IMG/VR virus record: IMGVR_UViG_3300036832_000434
Location: 7,750 to 71,749 of that record
DNA: 64,000 nucleotides
Direction: 5' to 3' (one strand)
Source of the DNA: a virus
Shown: one piece after another, positions 18,635 through 28,255 of the stretch
Numbering within the stretch: the stretch's first letter is position 1
Layout of the letters: every line of letters begins with the position of its first letter
Made by a program: the position numbers and the translations under genes
The notes under the pieces: model-generated
What the model saw: only the letters and a program-made list of their open reading frames with translations
What the model was told of the DNA's origin: nothing
Database searches by the model: none

Positions 18635-19493
18635 TCTCGTCGATCGCGCCATCGTCGTCGAATGGCTCGCCAAGCTCGCGCTCCGCTGCGCCCCGATCAA
18701 ATCCGGCGCGGAGGATACGGAGCTTCGGATCAGGACGTTCGCCGCGCCGCTCGCCGCAGACCTACCAGCCGGCGCGTTCACCGATGCGAGCCTTGAGGCG
18801 ATCTCGCGCAAATGCGAATTCTTCCCCGGCTACGCGCAGCTACGGAAATTGCTCGACGGCTGGTGGGAGGCCAACAAGGCGTCTCCGCTCATCGCGCTAT
18901 CCGGGGGCATACCGGAGGGGATGCCGGCGGCGGATCGCTCGATGATAATTTTCTGGCGGGAGTATATCTCCGGCGCCAAGCCGCTCCCGACAAACGTCTC
19001 GCTCGATACGTGGCTCAGCATGATCCGCAAGCCGACGCCGGCCGCGTTCGCCTTCCTGTGCAATACATGCACGAAGGCGGCCTCGATCGCCGTCCGCCAC
19101 AATTGGATCAGGGACCGGCGGACCACGCCGACGGCCGATGAGATCGAGGCGGTGCATGATGCCGTGCTCGACGCGAAAGCGGCGATGCACCCGACAGCCG
19201 CGACGATGCCCGTACAGCCGCCCCGCCCCGCCGCCGCGCCTACCCCCCCGGCGCAAGCCTCGCCTCCTGCCACCGACGAACCTCGCCCGAGTCCCGTGCC
19301 TGCCAAGACGCTCAGCCCGGAGCACCTCGCCGCGCATCGCATGGCGGCCGGCATTTCCATCCCGCCGTCGCCGACGCCGGCCCCGGCCAAAGCCGGCTCG
19401 CGCCCGTTCGCCGCCCGCCCGGCAAACGACGCCCATCCGCCGCCGCCGAAACCGGCTCCCGCACCGGCCGGAGGGCCGTTCCCATGGTCCTGA
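18627..19493 (+). CDS. Replication accessory protein (helicase-loader position)
   Basis: Follows initiator; C.FFP..A.L motif; Pro-rich tail. Confidence 0.55.
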   Translation: MVDLVDRAIVVEWLAKLALRCAPIKSGAEDTELRIRTFAAPLAADLPAGAFTDASLEAISRKCEFFPGYAQLRKLLDGWWEANKASPLIALSGGIPEGMPAADRSMIIFWREYISGAKPLPTNVSLDTWLSMIRKPTPAAFAFLCNTCTKAASIAVRHNWIRDRRTTPTADEIEAVHDAVLDAKAAMHPTAATMPVQPPRPAAAPTPPAQASPPATDEPRPSPVPAKTLSPEHLAAHRMAAGISIPPSPTPAPAKAGSRPFAARPANDAHPPPPKPAPAPAGGPFPWS

Positions 19494-19693
19494 TCGAAGG
19501 CGTCAGCGCCGAGACATGGGTCGAGCGCGTTGGCCGGCTGCTCCGCGAGCCGGAGGAACAGGAAGGCGGCTCGCTTTCGCCAGAACTCAAAGAGCGGATG
19601 GCGATCAGCGATGCGCAATTTCGCGCCGACAAAGAGATGCTCGACGAAATCCATCTCATGCTCCGCCACATCTGCGAGAGGATGGGGGCATGA
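19484..19693 (+). CDS. Hypothetical protein
   Basis: Coupled to neighbours. Confidence 0.5.
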   Translation: MVLIEGVSAETWVERVGRLLREPEEQEGGSLSPELKERMAISDAQFRADKEMLDEIHLMLRHICERMGA

Positions 19694-20250
19694 ATACCGC
19701 AACCGAGGGCACAATGATCCCGATAAAGCTCCCGCGTCAGCCAATTCTGACGCTCAACAAGCCGCCGCCGCCGCCCAAGATCGACAAATCCAAGCTCTCG
19801 CCACGCGAGCGCCGCGAACTGAAAGCCAAGCGCCGGGCCGAGAAAGCCGCTGCCAAGATCGCCAAAAAGGCCGCCGTCGCGGCCAACCTCGCCAAAGAAA
19901 AAAAGGCACAGAAAAAGGCGATCAAGAAACGCCGCGATCGCAATTACGATTTCGCCCGCCGGCTCGCGCTCTCGACGGCGGTATTCGACCATACCGCGCC
20001 CAAGCCGCTCGCGATCGGCATCCTCGCCGCCGTCAAGGCCCGGCTCGAATGTGGGCACAACGAAGGAAAACAATTTCTGGCGTGGTGGTGCCACAAGGCG
20101 CCGTATCAGCGCGCGCTCGCCGCCGGAGGGCCGCGCTACAGCCTAGACGGCACCGAGGCCGGCGAGGTGACGGCGGAGCAGATGGCGGTCGCCACGGACC
20201 GCCTAGCGGCCAAGGCGGCGGCCGAGGCGCCGGCCGAGGCGGTCGCATGA
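19690..20250 (+). CDS. ProQ/FinO-domain RNA chaperone with Lys-rich N-terminus
   Basis: PKPLAIGI...WWC....YQRAL..G.PRYSLDG...GEVT.EQ. Confidence 0.85.
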   Translation: MNTATEGTMIPIKLPRQPILTLNKPPPPPKIDKSKLSPRERRELKAKRRAEKAAAKIAKKAAVAANLAKEKKAQKKAIKKRRDRNYDFARRLALSTAVFDHTAPKPLAIGILAAVKARLECGHNEGKQFLAWWCHKAPYQRALAAGGPRYSLDGTEAGEVTAEQMAVATDRLAAKAAAEAPAEAVA

Positions 20251-20468
20251 CGCGGCTCGTCAACCTTGGCCGCGGTGCTTGGGTCAACCCGGAGGCGGTC
20301 GTATCGATCGCCCCGCACGATGCGATCGGGGGGCTGACGGAGCCGTCGGTCCGGCTGACCACGGTCGCCGGCCTCGATTCGATCGAATGGACGTGCGGCA
20401 ATATCGACGATGCCATCCGCACGGCGAATATGTGGGCCGAACTCTGCAACACCGACGGCCGCCGATGA
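20247..20468 (+). CDS. Hypothetical protein
   Basis: ATGA overlaps at both ends. Confidence 0.5.
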   Translation: MTRLVNLGRGAWVNPEAVVSIAPHDAIGGLTEPSVRLTTVAGLDSIEWTCGNIDDAIRTANMWAELCNTDGRR

Positions 20469-21244
20469 GCTTGCGTCAGCGCACCGTGAAAATCGTGCAG
20501 TGGGATGGGCCTCTCCCATCCGTCGGCGAATTTATCGCCGCCCGTACCCGGCTCGGCGATCCCTGGAAAATCCGCAATCTCCAATTACGCCGCGGCGGCT
20601 TCGTCGTGCTCGATCTCTACCGATCGGGAGTGCCTCCGGATGGCGCGGTGATCCATCCGTCAGCGCGGATACAACCCTCCGATCCAAACGGGCCGCCGCG
20701 CGTGCGGCAAGTGGTCGGATCGGGGCCGACGGCAGTCATGGCGGCATCCTGGCGCGATCCGTCGGATATCCGGCCGAACGCATCGAGCCGGCCGCGCCAG
20801 TTGAACGGATTCCGCCGGTACTGCCCGCTCCGGCGGATGCTTGAGGGCGGCTCACGCCGGATTACCGAGGCGCATATCCGGGCCGCCGATCTATTCCGCG
20901 CCGATGTCGATCTCGCCCGCTTTGGCGCTAGTAGCGATCTCGACGATGCCGCGGTCGTGTCGCGCCATTTCGGGCCGCGCGCCGGCCCGGCGGAAAGCGC
21001 GATCGCCCAGGCCGAGGCGGCAGCCGCGGTGCAACGCACGTTCGCCCGGTTTCCCCCGGCGCACGCGGCTATGCTAGCCGCCATCGTGCTCTCCAACCGC
21101 TCGATCCGTTCATGGTGCGCTAGCCGCGCGGAGCCGGTGATACCAGATATGGAAACGGGCAAACTGATCTCGATCCTCGACGTCCTCGTCGATCAGTATA
21201 TCGGCCGGATCACACAGGCCCATGCGCTCGGCGAGATCGCCTAG
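20465..21244 (+). CDS. DUF6456-like / Q-antiterminator-position protein
   Basis: Last gene of replication operon; IT..H..AA..FR.D and C-terminal HTH-like region. Confidence 0.55.
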   Translation: MSLRQRTVKIVQWDGPLPSVGEFIAARTRLGDPWKIRNLQLRRGGFVVLDLYRSGVPPDGAVIHPSARIQPSDPNGPPRVRQVVGSGPTAVMAASWRDPSDIRPNASSRPRQLNGFRRYCPLRRMLEGGSRRITEAHIRAADLFRADVDLARFGASSDLDDAAVVSRHFGPRAGPAESAIAQAEAAAAVQRTFARFPPAHAAMLAAIVLSNRSIRSWCASRAEPVIPDMETGKLISILDVLVDQYIGRITQAHALGEIA

Positions 21245-21345
21245 ATCAGCGCATCGCCTTCCGGCTTGCATCGAGGCGCCCTAGCGCCGTATATGCCGGC
21301 CCGGCCCGGCTTGTTCGATGAGTAGTGTCCTCGGGGAGTACGCGG

Positions 21346-21729
21346 CTACGGCGGGGCGGATGCGTCGTCACGGTCTCTATCCGCCCCGCCTGCATCGTAA
21401 AGCGCCCGGAATTGCGCAAGCGACGTCTCCGCCCGTTCAAGCATGACCTCGGCGACAAGAACCGCCGCCCGGTGCATCGCCTCCGCCTCATCCCAGGTCG
21501 AGCATCGCGTCTGGTAGCTATCCTCGCCATCGAAGCCAAAGATCATCGTTTCGAATAGGATCGGCTGACCGCCGAAAAAATTGTGATCGAGGCCGAGAAA
21601 GACCGTCGAGATATCGAGCGGGCCGACGGCGGTCCGCCCGACGTGGCGATCGGCGCGTTCCATCCAGCGGCCCCATTTGACCATATCGGGGCACGCGACC
21701 GGCTTGCGGTCTTTCAGGATGTACATCAT
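21346..21729 (-). CDS. Conserved phage protein
   Basis: ISTVFLGLDH.F....PILFETMIFG...RCSTW.EA...H. Confidence 0.7.
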   Translation of the reverse strand: MMYILKDRKPVACPDMVKWGRWMERADRHVGRTAVGPLDISTVFLGLDHNFFGGQPILFETMIFGFDGEDSYQTRCSTWDEAEAMHRAAVLVAEVMLERAETSLAQFRALYDAGGADRDRDDASAPP

Positions 21730-22082
21730 CTCCGCACGTAGAGCGCGCCGATCGCCACGCGCCGGCCCTCCCCGTCGATCTCGCGATCCGTCTCCGCGAT
21801 CCGCCGGCCGGTCCCCGGATGGCGATGCCAGTCGGCCGGCTCGCCTGATCCGTCCCAGGCATCGAGTGCCGCGATCGCCTTCGCCCGGTCGTGGTAGCAC
21901 CATCGATCATCGATCGAGATCAGATCGCCGATCCGCCCGGTGACGATCGCCGTCGTGTAGGCGAACCGGCTGATCGCGGCATAATGCCGGCCGTCGGCGA
22001 GCGGGCGAATGTGCGAAAAGCCGCTCTCATCGATCAACTGCTGAAAGAAAACGAGGCTCGGGGAAAGCGTTTCCACGGTCAT
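21726..22082 (-). CDS. Hypothetical phage protein
   Basis: RWCY...A..AL.AWDG.GEP..W.RH..TGRR. Confidence 0.65.
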   Translation of the reverse strand: MTVETLSPSLVFFQQLIDESGFSHIRPLADGRHYAAISRFAYTTAIVTGRIGDLISIDDRWCYHDRAKAIAALDAWDGSGEPADWHRHPGTGRRIAETDREIDGEGRRVAIGALYVRR

Positions 22083-22251
22083 TTGTGGCGCTCCAAAATC
22101 TCGCGTCGTACGGCGGCAGGAATATGCCGTGAATTCAATCCGATGCCAAACTCGCGCTTGACATGCACTGTGAGCAAAGGCATGTTTTTTCTAGAATGGG
22201 ATTGTTGTTCCTAGTGGAACGCAACGATGTAGGGGTTTCCCGTCGGCTTCG

Positions 22252-22440
22252 TCATGGGATCGTCCGCGCCGATTCCTCGCGCTCGATGCGGCGCGCAAGA
22301 TCGCAGAGCGTCCGCGTCGTGGCGTCATCGCTCCCGGTGTAGTGGCGCCACAATTCGCGATCCTGCTCTGACCATGGGCCGCCACGGAAAAAGAGGATCA
22401 CGGCGCGGGCGAGCCGCTCGGCTTGGCTGATCTCGATCAC
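22252..22440 (-). CDS. Hypothetical protein
   Basis: Coupled to upstream gene. Confidence 0.45.
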   Translation of the reverse strand: MIEISQAERLARAVILFFRGGPWSEQDRELWRHYTGSDDATTRTLCDLARRIEREESARTIP

Positions 22441-22658
22441 GGCTTGGCCTCCGGTTCCTCGTCGTCGAAACGATAGGTCGCCGGCACGAACGCCGCGCCG
22501 ACGGAGTAGGCTTCAAGTAGGAACATGGTCAGCGCCTGGATATAGCCGGTGCGCCATTCTGAATCCGGATCGCGCGCGATGTCGCGGAGCATCCGCTTTG
22601 CGATCCGTAGCCCCTGGTCAGGCGGAATGACCTCCGGCGTCGATTGTTTATCGGTCAT
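22437..22658 (-). CDS. Hypothetical protein
   Basis: GAGGA RBS. Confidence 0.5.
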   Translation of the reverse strand: MTDKQSTPEVIPPDQGLRIAKRMLRDIARDPDSEWRTGYIQALTMFLLEAYSVGAAFVPATYRFDDEEPEAKP

Positions 22659-23160
22659 TTGTGTCCTCGGGATAGGGGCTATCAGGGGGAGCGCACGGCT
22701 CGCCGCCACGCCAGAATTCGACGTAATCCCAGCCGTCGGCGATCAGGTAAAACTCGCTCGGCGAGATGGCTTGCATCCGGTATTGTGGCGTCACGCCAAG
22801 GCCGAAGCGCTTCGGCTGGCCCGGATCGTCGATCCGCCGGGCATAGGACGGTGCGGCGAGAAACGGGCAGACGCTGAGCGCGTATTCCGCGCAATCGAGA
22901 TGTAGCGGCGGATCGATAAAGGCGCCGCGAGGATGGAGGAAACATCGGCTCCCGCCGACAAACCAAAATCCCCGGCTGATCCGTTTGCCGCAGATCGCGC
23001 AGAGCCGCTTGCCAATGCACTCGCGAAACCGGGCGAAGTCATTAACCGGAAATTGCGCCCCGCCGGTTTTGTCACGTACGACGATGAACGGGATCGGATA
23101 GCCGCGTGCGTCCTTTTCGAGCGTCCGCATCCGCGGCGGAATAGGCGCGGAGCGGATCAT
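22648..23160 (-). CDS. Conserved Zn-binding phage protein
   Basis: RGYPIPF, CAICG, FVGG, DPPLH.DCAEYA...CPFL. Confidence 0.7.
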   Translation of the reverse strand: MIRSAPIPPRMRTLEKDARGYPIPFIVVRDKTGGAQFPVNDFARFRECIGKRLCAICGKRISRGFWFVGGSRCFLHPRGAFIDPPLHLDCAEYALSVCPFLAAPSYARRIDDPGQPKRFGLGVTPQYRMQAISPSEFYLIADGWDYVEFWRGGEPCAPPDSPYPEDTNDR

Positions 23161-24143
23161 CGGCGCACCTTGTAATGGCTCCGATTGAGCCACGAGAGCC
23201 GCGTATCCTCGGTCACGCCGACGAGCGTATCGCGGATGAAAGACTGCACCCCGGAGGCATACGTCCGGAGATGCCCGCGGCGGATATGGGGGACTGGCGA
23301 GGCGTGCGTCCCGCCCAAGCTCTCGCCCGCCCTCGGCCGCCCGCGGAGCATCATCGCGGTCACATAGGGCGCTGAATTAACCCGGTCATAGGGCGGGATC
23401 GGGGGCTTGCCGGACTTCGCTCGCGCCCGTTGCAGCTTATCAGCCACGCGGACCGTCTCACGCTCGATCCCGTTGGTCGAGAGCATTATCAGGCAGGTCA
23501 TCAGCGGATCGAGGACATTTCCCGCCGCCGCGTTCTCCGGCGCTTCGCCGTTGTTTATCGCCTCGGCGCCCGGCATGAAGCGCCAGATCGAGGGCGCGCA
23601 ACGCGCCGAGTAACTATCCGGCTTTTCCGGCTCCGGTAGATAGAGGATGCGATCGCCGATCGTCAGCGTCCCTTGGCCGGCAAATTGCGCCGGCTCTAGC
23701 TCGACGACTTCGCAGTCCCCGTTCGGTCGATCCGGCTCACAGGGATTGATGAGATAGACCGCGGCGTTGCGCTCATCCCAGGTATGGTAGAGCAGCCACG
23801 GGTCGCGAAACGGCTGATTGAGGACACCGGCCGCGTAAAGCGGCCCGCCGCGGTGTCCGCCGTCTTTAATCAGCGCGTTGGGAAGCTCGCCGAAATCGAT
23901 CAGCCGCCCGGCTTTGACCGCTTCGAACGCCATATCGCCGATCAATTCCACCTCGCGCTGACGCGGCGCGAATTGCATCGCTTCTTCCGGCACTATGCCG
24001 GTTAGCTGCGGCCCGCCGATCAAGTAGCTCTCGATGATCTTGCGGACTTGCCCGATCGTCGGCCGCCAGGGCGCCATGGTCGATAGATCGCACTCCATAA
24101 ACGCGCCGTCGCCAGCCTCATTGGGCCTGACATTAGGGGCCAT
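23157..24143 (-). CDS. Hypothetical phage protein
   Basis: 328 aa; C-terminal HASP.PH.RRGH.R motif. Confidence 0.7.
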   Translation of the reverse strand: MAPNVRPNEAGDGAFMECDLSTMAPWRPTIGQVRKIIESYLIGGPQLTGIVPEEAMQFAPRQREVELIGDMAFEAVKAGRLIDFGELPNALIKDGGHRGGPLYAAGVLNQPFRDPWLLYHTWDERNAAVYLINPCEPDRPNGDCEVVELEPAQFAGQGTLTIGDRILYLPEPEKPDSYSARCAPSIWRFMPGAEAINNGEAPENAAAGNVLDPLMTCLIMLSTNGIERETVRVADKLQRARAKSGKPPIPPYDRVNSAPYVTAMMLRGRPRAGESLGGTHASPVPHIRRGHLRTYASGVQSFIRDTLVGVTEDTRLSWLNRSHYKVRR

Positions 24144-24146
24144 GGC

Positions 24147-24740
24147 TCAGCCCTCCCCGATCGGCGTCTGACCCTCGCCGACGCCGATATCCTCGGCGAC
24201 GAGACGGGTGTCGGAGATCGAAAACGGGAATTGAAAGCTCGGCTCGACCGATCCCCAAAGGTGGTACTGGTTGGCGGTATCGACGAGCCGGGACTCGGCC
24301 GGGTATAGCTCGACCGCCTCACATTCCGGGCCGAGAAGGTCGTTTTTGATCCGCTGCAAATCCCGCCAGGAACGGACTTGCGTCTGATCGATCCGCTTGA
24401 TCGAGAGGTGGCGGAACGCCGGCCCGGCCTCTTTGACCGCGACTTGATAGCGCGAATTCACATAAAGCCGGTTGCGGCTCATCTCGTCATCGATCAGGAG
24501 CCGGACGTCATCCTCCGACTTGCCGGTCAGCGCCGCGCCCTTGCGGACAAGATCGGGATGCGGCGCGTGCGCCTCCGCCGGATGAAACGGCGTCCATGGG
24601 GTCTCTGCGGTTTTCCTCGCCCTCGCCTCGGCGACGAGCCGGGCGCAGTAGTCGATCAGCGTGGAATCCGGGCTGAATTTCGGAGCCGCGGCGCGCAAGA
24701 GGCTTTCGAGCGCGCCAACTAAGTCACGGTAGCTAGCCAT
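24147..24740 (-). CDS. DUF7694-like protein
   Basis: HLSIKR...WRDLQRIKN...GPE.EAVELYPAESRLVD.AN.YHLW. Confidence 0.75.
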   Translation of the reverse strand: MASYRDLVGALESLLRAAAPKFSPDSTLIDYCARLVAEARARKTAETPWTPFHPAEAHAPHPDLVRKGAALTGKSEDDVRLLIDDEMSRNRLYVNSRYQVAVKEAGPAFRHLSIKRIDQTQVRSWRDLQRIKNDLLGPECEAVELYPAESRLVDTANQYHLWGSVEPSFQFPFSISDTRLVAEDIGVGEGQTPIGEG

Positions 24741-24759
24741 TGTGGTTTGTGTCCTCGGT

Positions 24760-24993
24760 TTATCGGATGAAGGTCAAAAGCCATTCTGCGGCGGCGATCC
24801 GAGTCGGAAAACCGCCATGGCGGATATATCCATCGGTGGCGATCCATCGCCCCGTCGGGTGGTACGGATACGTCCGCGCTTCCTCTTTCAGCACGCGGCC
24901 GATCCGGGCATGGGCCTCGGTCCCGACGTAATACTCGTACGCCTCGCCGGGGACCGAGGGATGGAACGTGAAGGCGGTCATGCCCTGGGTCAT
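24760..24993 (-). CDS. Hypothetical protein
   Basis: ATG overlaps upstream stop. Confidence 0.45.
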   Translation of the reverse strand: MTQGMTAFTFHPSVPGEAYEYYVGTEAHARIGRVLKEEARTYPYHPTGRWIATDGYIRHGGFPTRIAAAEWLLTFIR

Positions 24994-25469
24994 CTCCCGC
25001 CCCCGATCTTGCTGAGACATTCATCGCCGAAGCCGCTCTCGATGCTCTCAGGGTGCGTCAGCCGGCGCGCGCAACGGCCGCACTTGCCGGCGTGCATGAA
25101 ATCGAGGCCGGCAAGGATGGTGCCGTGCGCGGAGAGGGCGCGGAACATGCGCTCGAAACCGACGGCGGCGGGGCTATCGCCGCTCTGACAGGATTTCGCC
25201 GTGGTGGCGAAGCGAAGGCCCTGCGCGGCCTCGCGGATGATCCCGAGATAGGTAAACACCTCCGGCGCGGTCAGGAGCGAGACAAACCAAAGCGTCTTGC
25301 CCTCGCCGGCCCGGCGGACTTGATAGGTGTAATGCGCTCCGGTGCGGTGCGATCTGAGCGTCAGGATCGCGTTGCCCGCGAGCATGAAAGAGCGCGCGGC
25401 GGCGGCATCGGCGATGACGTGGCCGTCGGCGATAGTCGGATCGTCAGCGATCATGGTCGCATTAGACAT
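24990..25469 (-). CDS. DUF6011-like Zn-finger protein
   Basis: AGNA..TL.S..TG..YTY; CGRCAR.LT.PESI..G.G.EC. Confidence 0.75.
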   Translation of the reverse strand: MSNATMIADDPTIADGHVIADAAAARSFMLAGNAILTLRSHRTGAHYTYQVRRAGEGKTLWFVSLLTAPEVFTYLGIIREAAQGLRFATTAKSCQSGDSPAAVGFERMFRALSAHGTILAGLDFMHAGKCGRCARRLTHPESIESGFGDECLSKIGGGR

Positions 25470-25494
25470 CGGGGAGAAACCCTCGAAAATAGCC

Positions 25495-25550
25495 GGGCGG
25501 GGTGCCCTGGCGGCAAAAGTCTTATCGCATTTCGAACGGTCGAAATCCAG
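25495..25550 (-). promoter_or_regulatory. Repeated promoter + leader hairpin, copy 1
   Basis: CTGG 42 nt before AGGGCACCCCGCCC; 25 nt to ATG 25469. Confidence 0.7.
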
Positions 25551-25563
25551 GCTATTCCGCAGC

Positions 25564-25587
25564 AAAAAGGCGGCCCGGAGGCCGCCT
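25564..25587 (-). terminator. Intrinsic terminator
   Basis: AGGCGGCC stem followed by T-run on minus strand. Confidence 0.65.
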
Positions 25588-25823
25588 CAGATGCGAGCCA
25601 GCGCCCTCCGGCCTTTCGCCGTGATCGCCCAGCGATCCCAATCCGCCGATCGCATGTTCGTCACTCGCGCCCAGCCGGCGGCAAGAACAGGCTCCATCAA
25701 TACGTATGCCTCCGCATGATCTTGCAGGCCCAACTCGTCGGCGAGCGTGGCGGCGTCGGGGTGCGCGCCCGATAAAGCGGGAGCCGCGCGCCGAAGCGCA
25801 GAGAGAATTTCGATGGCTTCCAT
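25587..25823 (-). CDS. Small winged-helix-like protein
   Basis: GGAG RBS; W.IT.KGR.AL C-terminus. Confidence 0.5.
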   Translation of the reverse strand: MEAIEILSALRRAAPALSGAHPDAATLADELGLQDHAEAYVLMEPVLAAGWARVTNMRSADWDRWAITAKGRRALARI

Positions 25824-25834
25824 ATTCGTCTCCG

Positions 25835-26023
25835 TCAATCGCTCTCGATCGGCTCGTCGGCCCAGTACTGGCCGTTGGTGAAAATCTCCGGCCGGTATCG
25901 CGCCCGCCGCGCCGGCTCGCATTTCGTGCAAACTAAGCCGCAGAAAATCCCCCGCGCGTCAGTCAGATCGTAGCGCGGAAGGCCGGAGCCGCAGGCGCAT
26001 GGCTTGTCGCCGAATACTCTCAT
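25835..26023 (-). CDS. Small Cys-rich protein
   Basis: C.CGSG...DARGIFC..C.KC. Confidence 0.6.
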   Translation of the reverse strand: MRVFGDKPCACGSGLPRYDLTDARGIFCGLVCTKCEPARRARYRPEIFTNGQYWADEPIESD

Positions 26024-26226
26024 CGTCCGCCTCCGGTTCTTAACGGCACCGCAAGGCCGGCGGCGTCGGCGAGCGAGTCGACTTGATCGAGCGGGCAATT
26101 CTGGCAGCGGAGGTGACGCCAATTTACGCCGGGCCTTCCCTCGCAGCCGCATCCTGACGATCGGCAAGAGTGAGCCGCTTGGCTGACGATCGTTTGTGCG
26201 ATCAATTCAAGCGATAGTTGCGTCAT
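26020..26226 (-). CDS. Small Cys-rich protein
   Basis: Coupled at both ends. Confidence 0.45.
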   Translation of the reverse strand: MTQLSLELIAQTIVSQAAHSCRSSGCGCEGRPGVNWRHLRCQNCPLDQVDSLADAAGLAVPLRTGGGR

Positions 26227-26804
26227 CGTCCGCTCTTTCGAAGCCCGGCCGCGTGCTCGGCGATGTCAGCGACGGCCTCGGCGAGCGTGTCATAGTACCG
26301 CTCGCAAATCGGGCCGAACACCGGAAGCATTCGGTTGGTTTTCCAGCGCCCGAAACGGCTGATCGAGCCGATCTGCACCTCGCCGACGAAAATCCAAATC
26401 GAGGCGGTATCGCAATTGACATGCCGGCACCGATCGAGCCGGAGCGTCGGATCGCCCGCGGCGAACGTGCGCGCCTCGGTCAAGGCTTGCTCCTGCTCGA
26501 CGACGCTCATCGTCCGGCCCGGTTCCTCGTCGCGGGTGCAAGCGATCCCGCCGTTGTGGCCCCATCCGATCGCGCCGCCCCTGACATCGACCTGGGCGAT
26601 CAGCGCGGCCGTCGCCGGCTCGATGTTGAAGCCGCTCGCAAGCGTCTTGCCGTCCATATCGTTCTCATGCTCGTAAACGACTTCGATCCCGGCCCGGCGC
26701 ATGTTCTCGACCATATCATCCCAGGCGGCTTCCGACGTCGCCCCGGTGCCCCATATCGCGGTGTCATCGGTCACGATGTAACCGGCTTGCGTGATCGTGC
26801 TCAT
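26223..26804 (-). CDS. Hypothetical protein
   Basis: GGAG RBS; MSTITQAG start. Confidence 0.55.
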   Translation of the reverse strand: MSTITQAGYIVTDDTAIWGTGATSEAAWDDMVENMRRAGIEVVYEHENDMDGKTLASGFNIEPATAALIAQVDVRGGAIGWGHNGGIACTRDEEPGRTMSVVEQEQALTEARTFAAGDPTLRLDRCRHVNCDTASIWIFVGEVQIGSISRFGRWKTNRMLPVFGPICERYYDTLAEAVADIAEHAAGLRKSGR

Positions 26805-26992
26805 CGGACGACTCCCTTGCCGGCGCCGATCATGGTCAGCGCCTCTATTGCTGCGGAAAGATTGGCGACGGTGCTGATCCGCTCCGGCGAATTCCAATCG
26901 TAGCCGGGCAAATCGGCAAGGATGGCATACGCGGCATTGATCGGCGGAAGGCCGGAGAGCGTTTCAAGCCAACATTCGGGTGTGCGTGACAT
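26801..26992 (-). CDS. Hypothetical protein
   Basis: ATG 24 nt after leader hairpin. Confidence 0.5.
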   Translation of the reverse strand: MSRTPECWLETLSGLPPINAAYAILADLPGYDWNSPERISTVANLSAAIEALTMIGAGKGVVR

Positions 26993-27016
26993 CGGGATGG
27001 TCCCTGATCCATCGCC

Positions 27017-27157
27017 GGGCGGAATGCCCTGGCGGCGCAACGAATATCGGCCGATCCACGGCGCTTTGCCAGCGATTTGTTTTGTGACGTGCGAAAATAA
27101 AGCTGGCCGTTCTCGATCGTGACGCCTAAAACCTCTCTTGCCGAGGGCATTTCGCCC
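27017..27157. promoter_or_regulatory. Back-to-back promoter + leader hairpin, copies 2 (minus) and 3 (plus)
   Basis: AGGGCATTCCGCCC (minus, 27017-27030) and AGGGCATTTCGCCC (plus, 27144-27157), each with GCTGGC 41-42 nt upstream. Confidence 0.7.
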
Positions 27158-27182
27158 CGGAAATTTGAGAGGATTTCTCCAA

Positions 27183-28154
27183 ATGGCTCACGAGATCACT
27201 ATCCGCGAAAACGGCAAGGCCGAGATGGCATTCGCGGAAGGGACCAAATTCCCTTGGCACTTCAAGGATACCAAGCCGGCGATGGTGCCGCACGGTTCCC
27301 CGGTTTCCGATTGGGTCGGACTCGCCGGCATGGATTGGGACGTCTGCCAATCCCCCGTCATCTATGAGGCCGGCGGCGTCAGCCGCGAATTCGCTGAGCG
27401 CTTCGTACTCCACCGCTCCGACACCTTCGCCCCGCTTGGCGTCGTCTCCGACGATTATTGCATCCTTCATCCGCGTGAGTGCATCGAGTTCTTCTCCGAT
27501 CTCGTCGCCTCCGTCGGCCTGAAATTGGATACCGCGGGCACATTGTTCGGCGGCCGGCGGTTTTGGGCGCTCGCTTCCGTCGGCGAGGCGTGCATGATCG
27601 ACAACCGCGATCCGATCAAAGGCTACCTCCTGCTCACCTCATCGGCGGATGGCTCGCGGGCAACGGAAGCGCGTTTCGTCTCGATCCGCGTCGTCTGCGC
27701 GAACACGCTCAAGATGAGCGAGAAGGAGTCGGCCGGTCAGATCAAAATCACGCACCGGAGCGAATGGGATTCGAGCAACGTCAAAAAGCGCCTCGGCATC
27801 GCGCCGGCCACTTTCGAGACATTCATGGCGAACATGCGCAAGCTCGCCGACAAGCGCCTGACCGACGATCAGGCGGCGGCCCAAATCAAGATCCTGCTCG
27901 GGAAAGAGGAAAAGGATGCGGCGAAAGAGGGCCGCGTTTTCGCCAAGGTGATGGACCTTTTTCGCGGGCTTGCGACCGGCTCCGATCTCCCCGGCGTAGA
28001 AGGCACCGCTTACGGCTTGCTCAATGCCGTGACTGAGGCCATCGACCACCGTTCCAAGGCGATGTCGGATAGCCATCGCTTGCAAAACTCGCTCATGGGC
28101 GCGGGCGACAAGCTCAAGGTTCGGGCGCGCGATCAGCTTCTCGCGCTCGTCTGA
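27183..28154 (+). CDS. DUF932-family phage/plasmid protein
   Basis: AGMDW.V, RSDT..PLGVVS..Y, TAG.L.GG...WALA, YLLL..S.DGS, RVVC.NTL, GTAYGL.NAVTE..DH. Confidence 0.9.
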   Translation: MAHEITIRENGKAEMAFAEGTKFPWHFKDTKPAMVPHGSPVSDWVGLAGMDWDVCQSPVIYEAGGVSREFAERFVLHRSDTFAPLGVVSDDYCILHPRECIEFFSDLVASVGLKLDTAGTLFGGRRFWALASVGEACMIDNRDPIKGYLLLTSSADGSRATEARFVSIRVVCANTLKMSEKESAGQIKITHRSEWDSSNVKKRLGIAPATFETFMANMRKLADKRLTDDQAAAQIKILLGKEEKDAAKEGRVFAKVMDLFRGLATGSDLPGVEGTAYGLLNAVTEAIDHRSKAMSDSHRLQNSLMGAGDKLKVRARDQLLALV

Positions 28155-28177
28155 TCCGCGGTTTCGAACGTGCGAAA

Positions 28178-28205
28178 AGAAAGGGCGGCTCCGGCCGCCT
28201 TTTCT
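28178..28205 (+). terminator. Intrinsic terminator, possibly bidirectional
   Basis: AGAAAGGGCGGC-TCCG-GCCGCCTTTTCT. Confidence 0.75.
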
Positions 28206-28255
28206 GCGTCGATCGCGCTTCCGAAGCGGCCGGCTTGTCGTTTATACCGGCGGGC

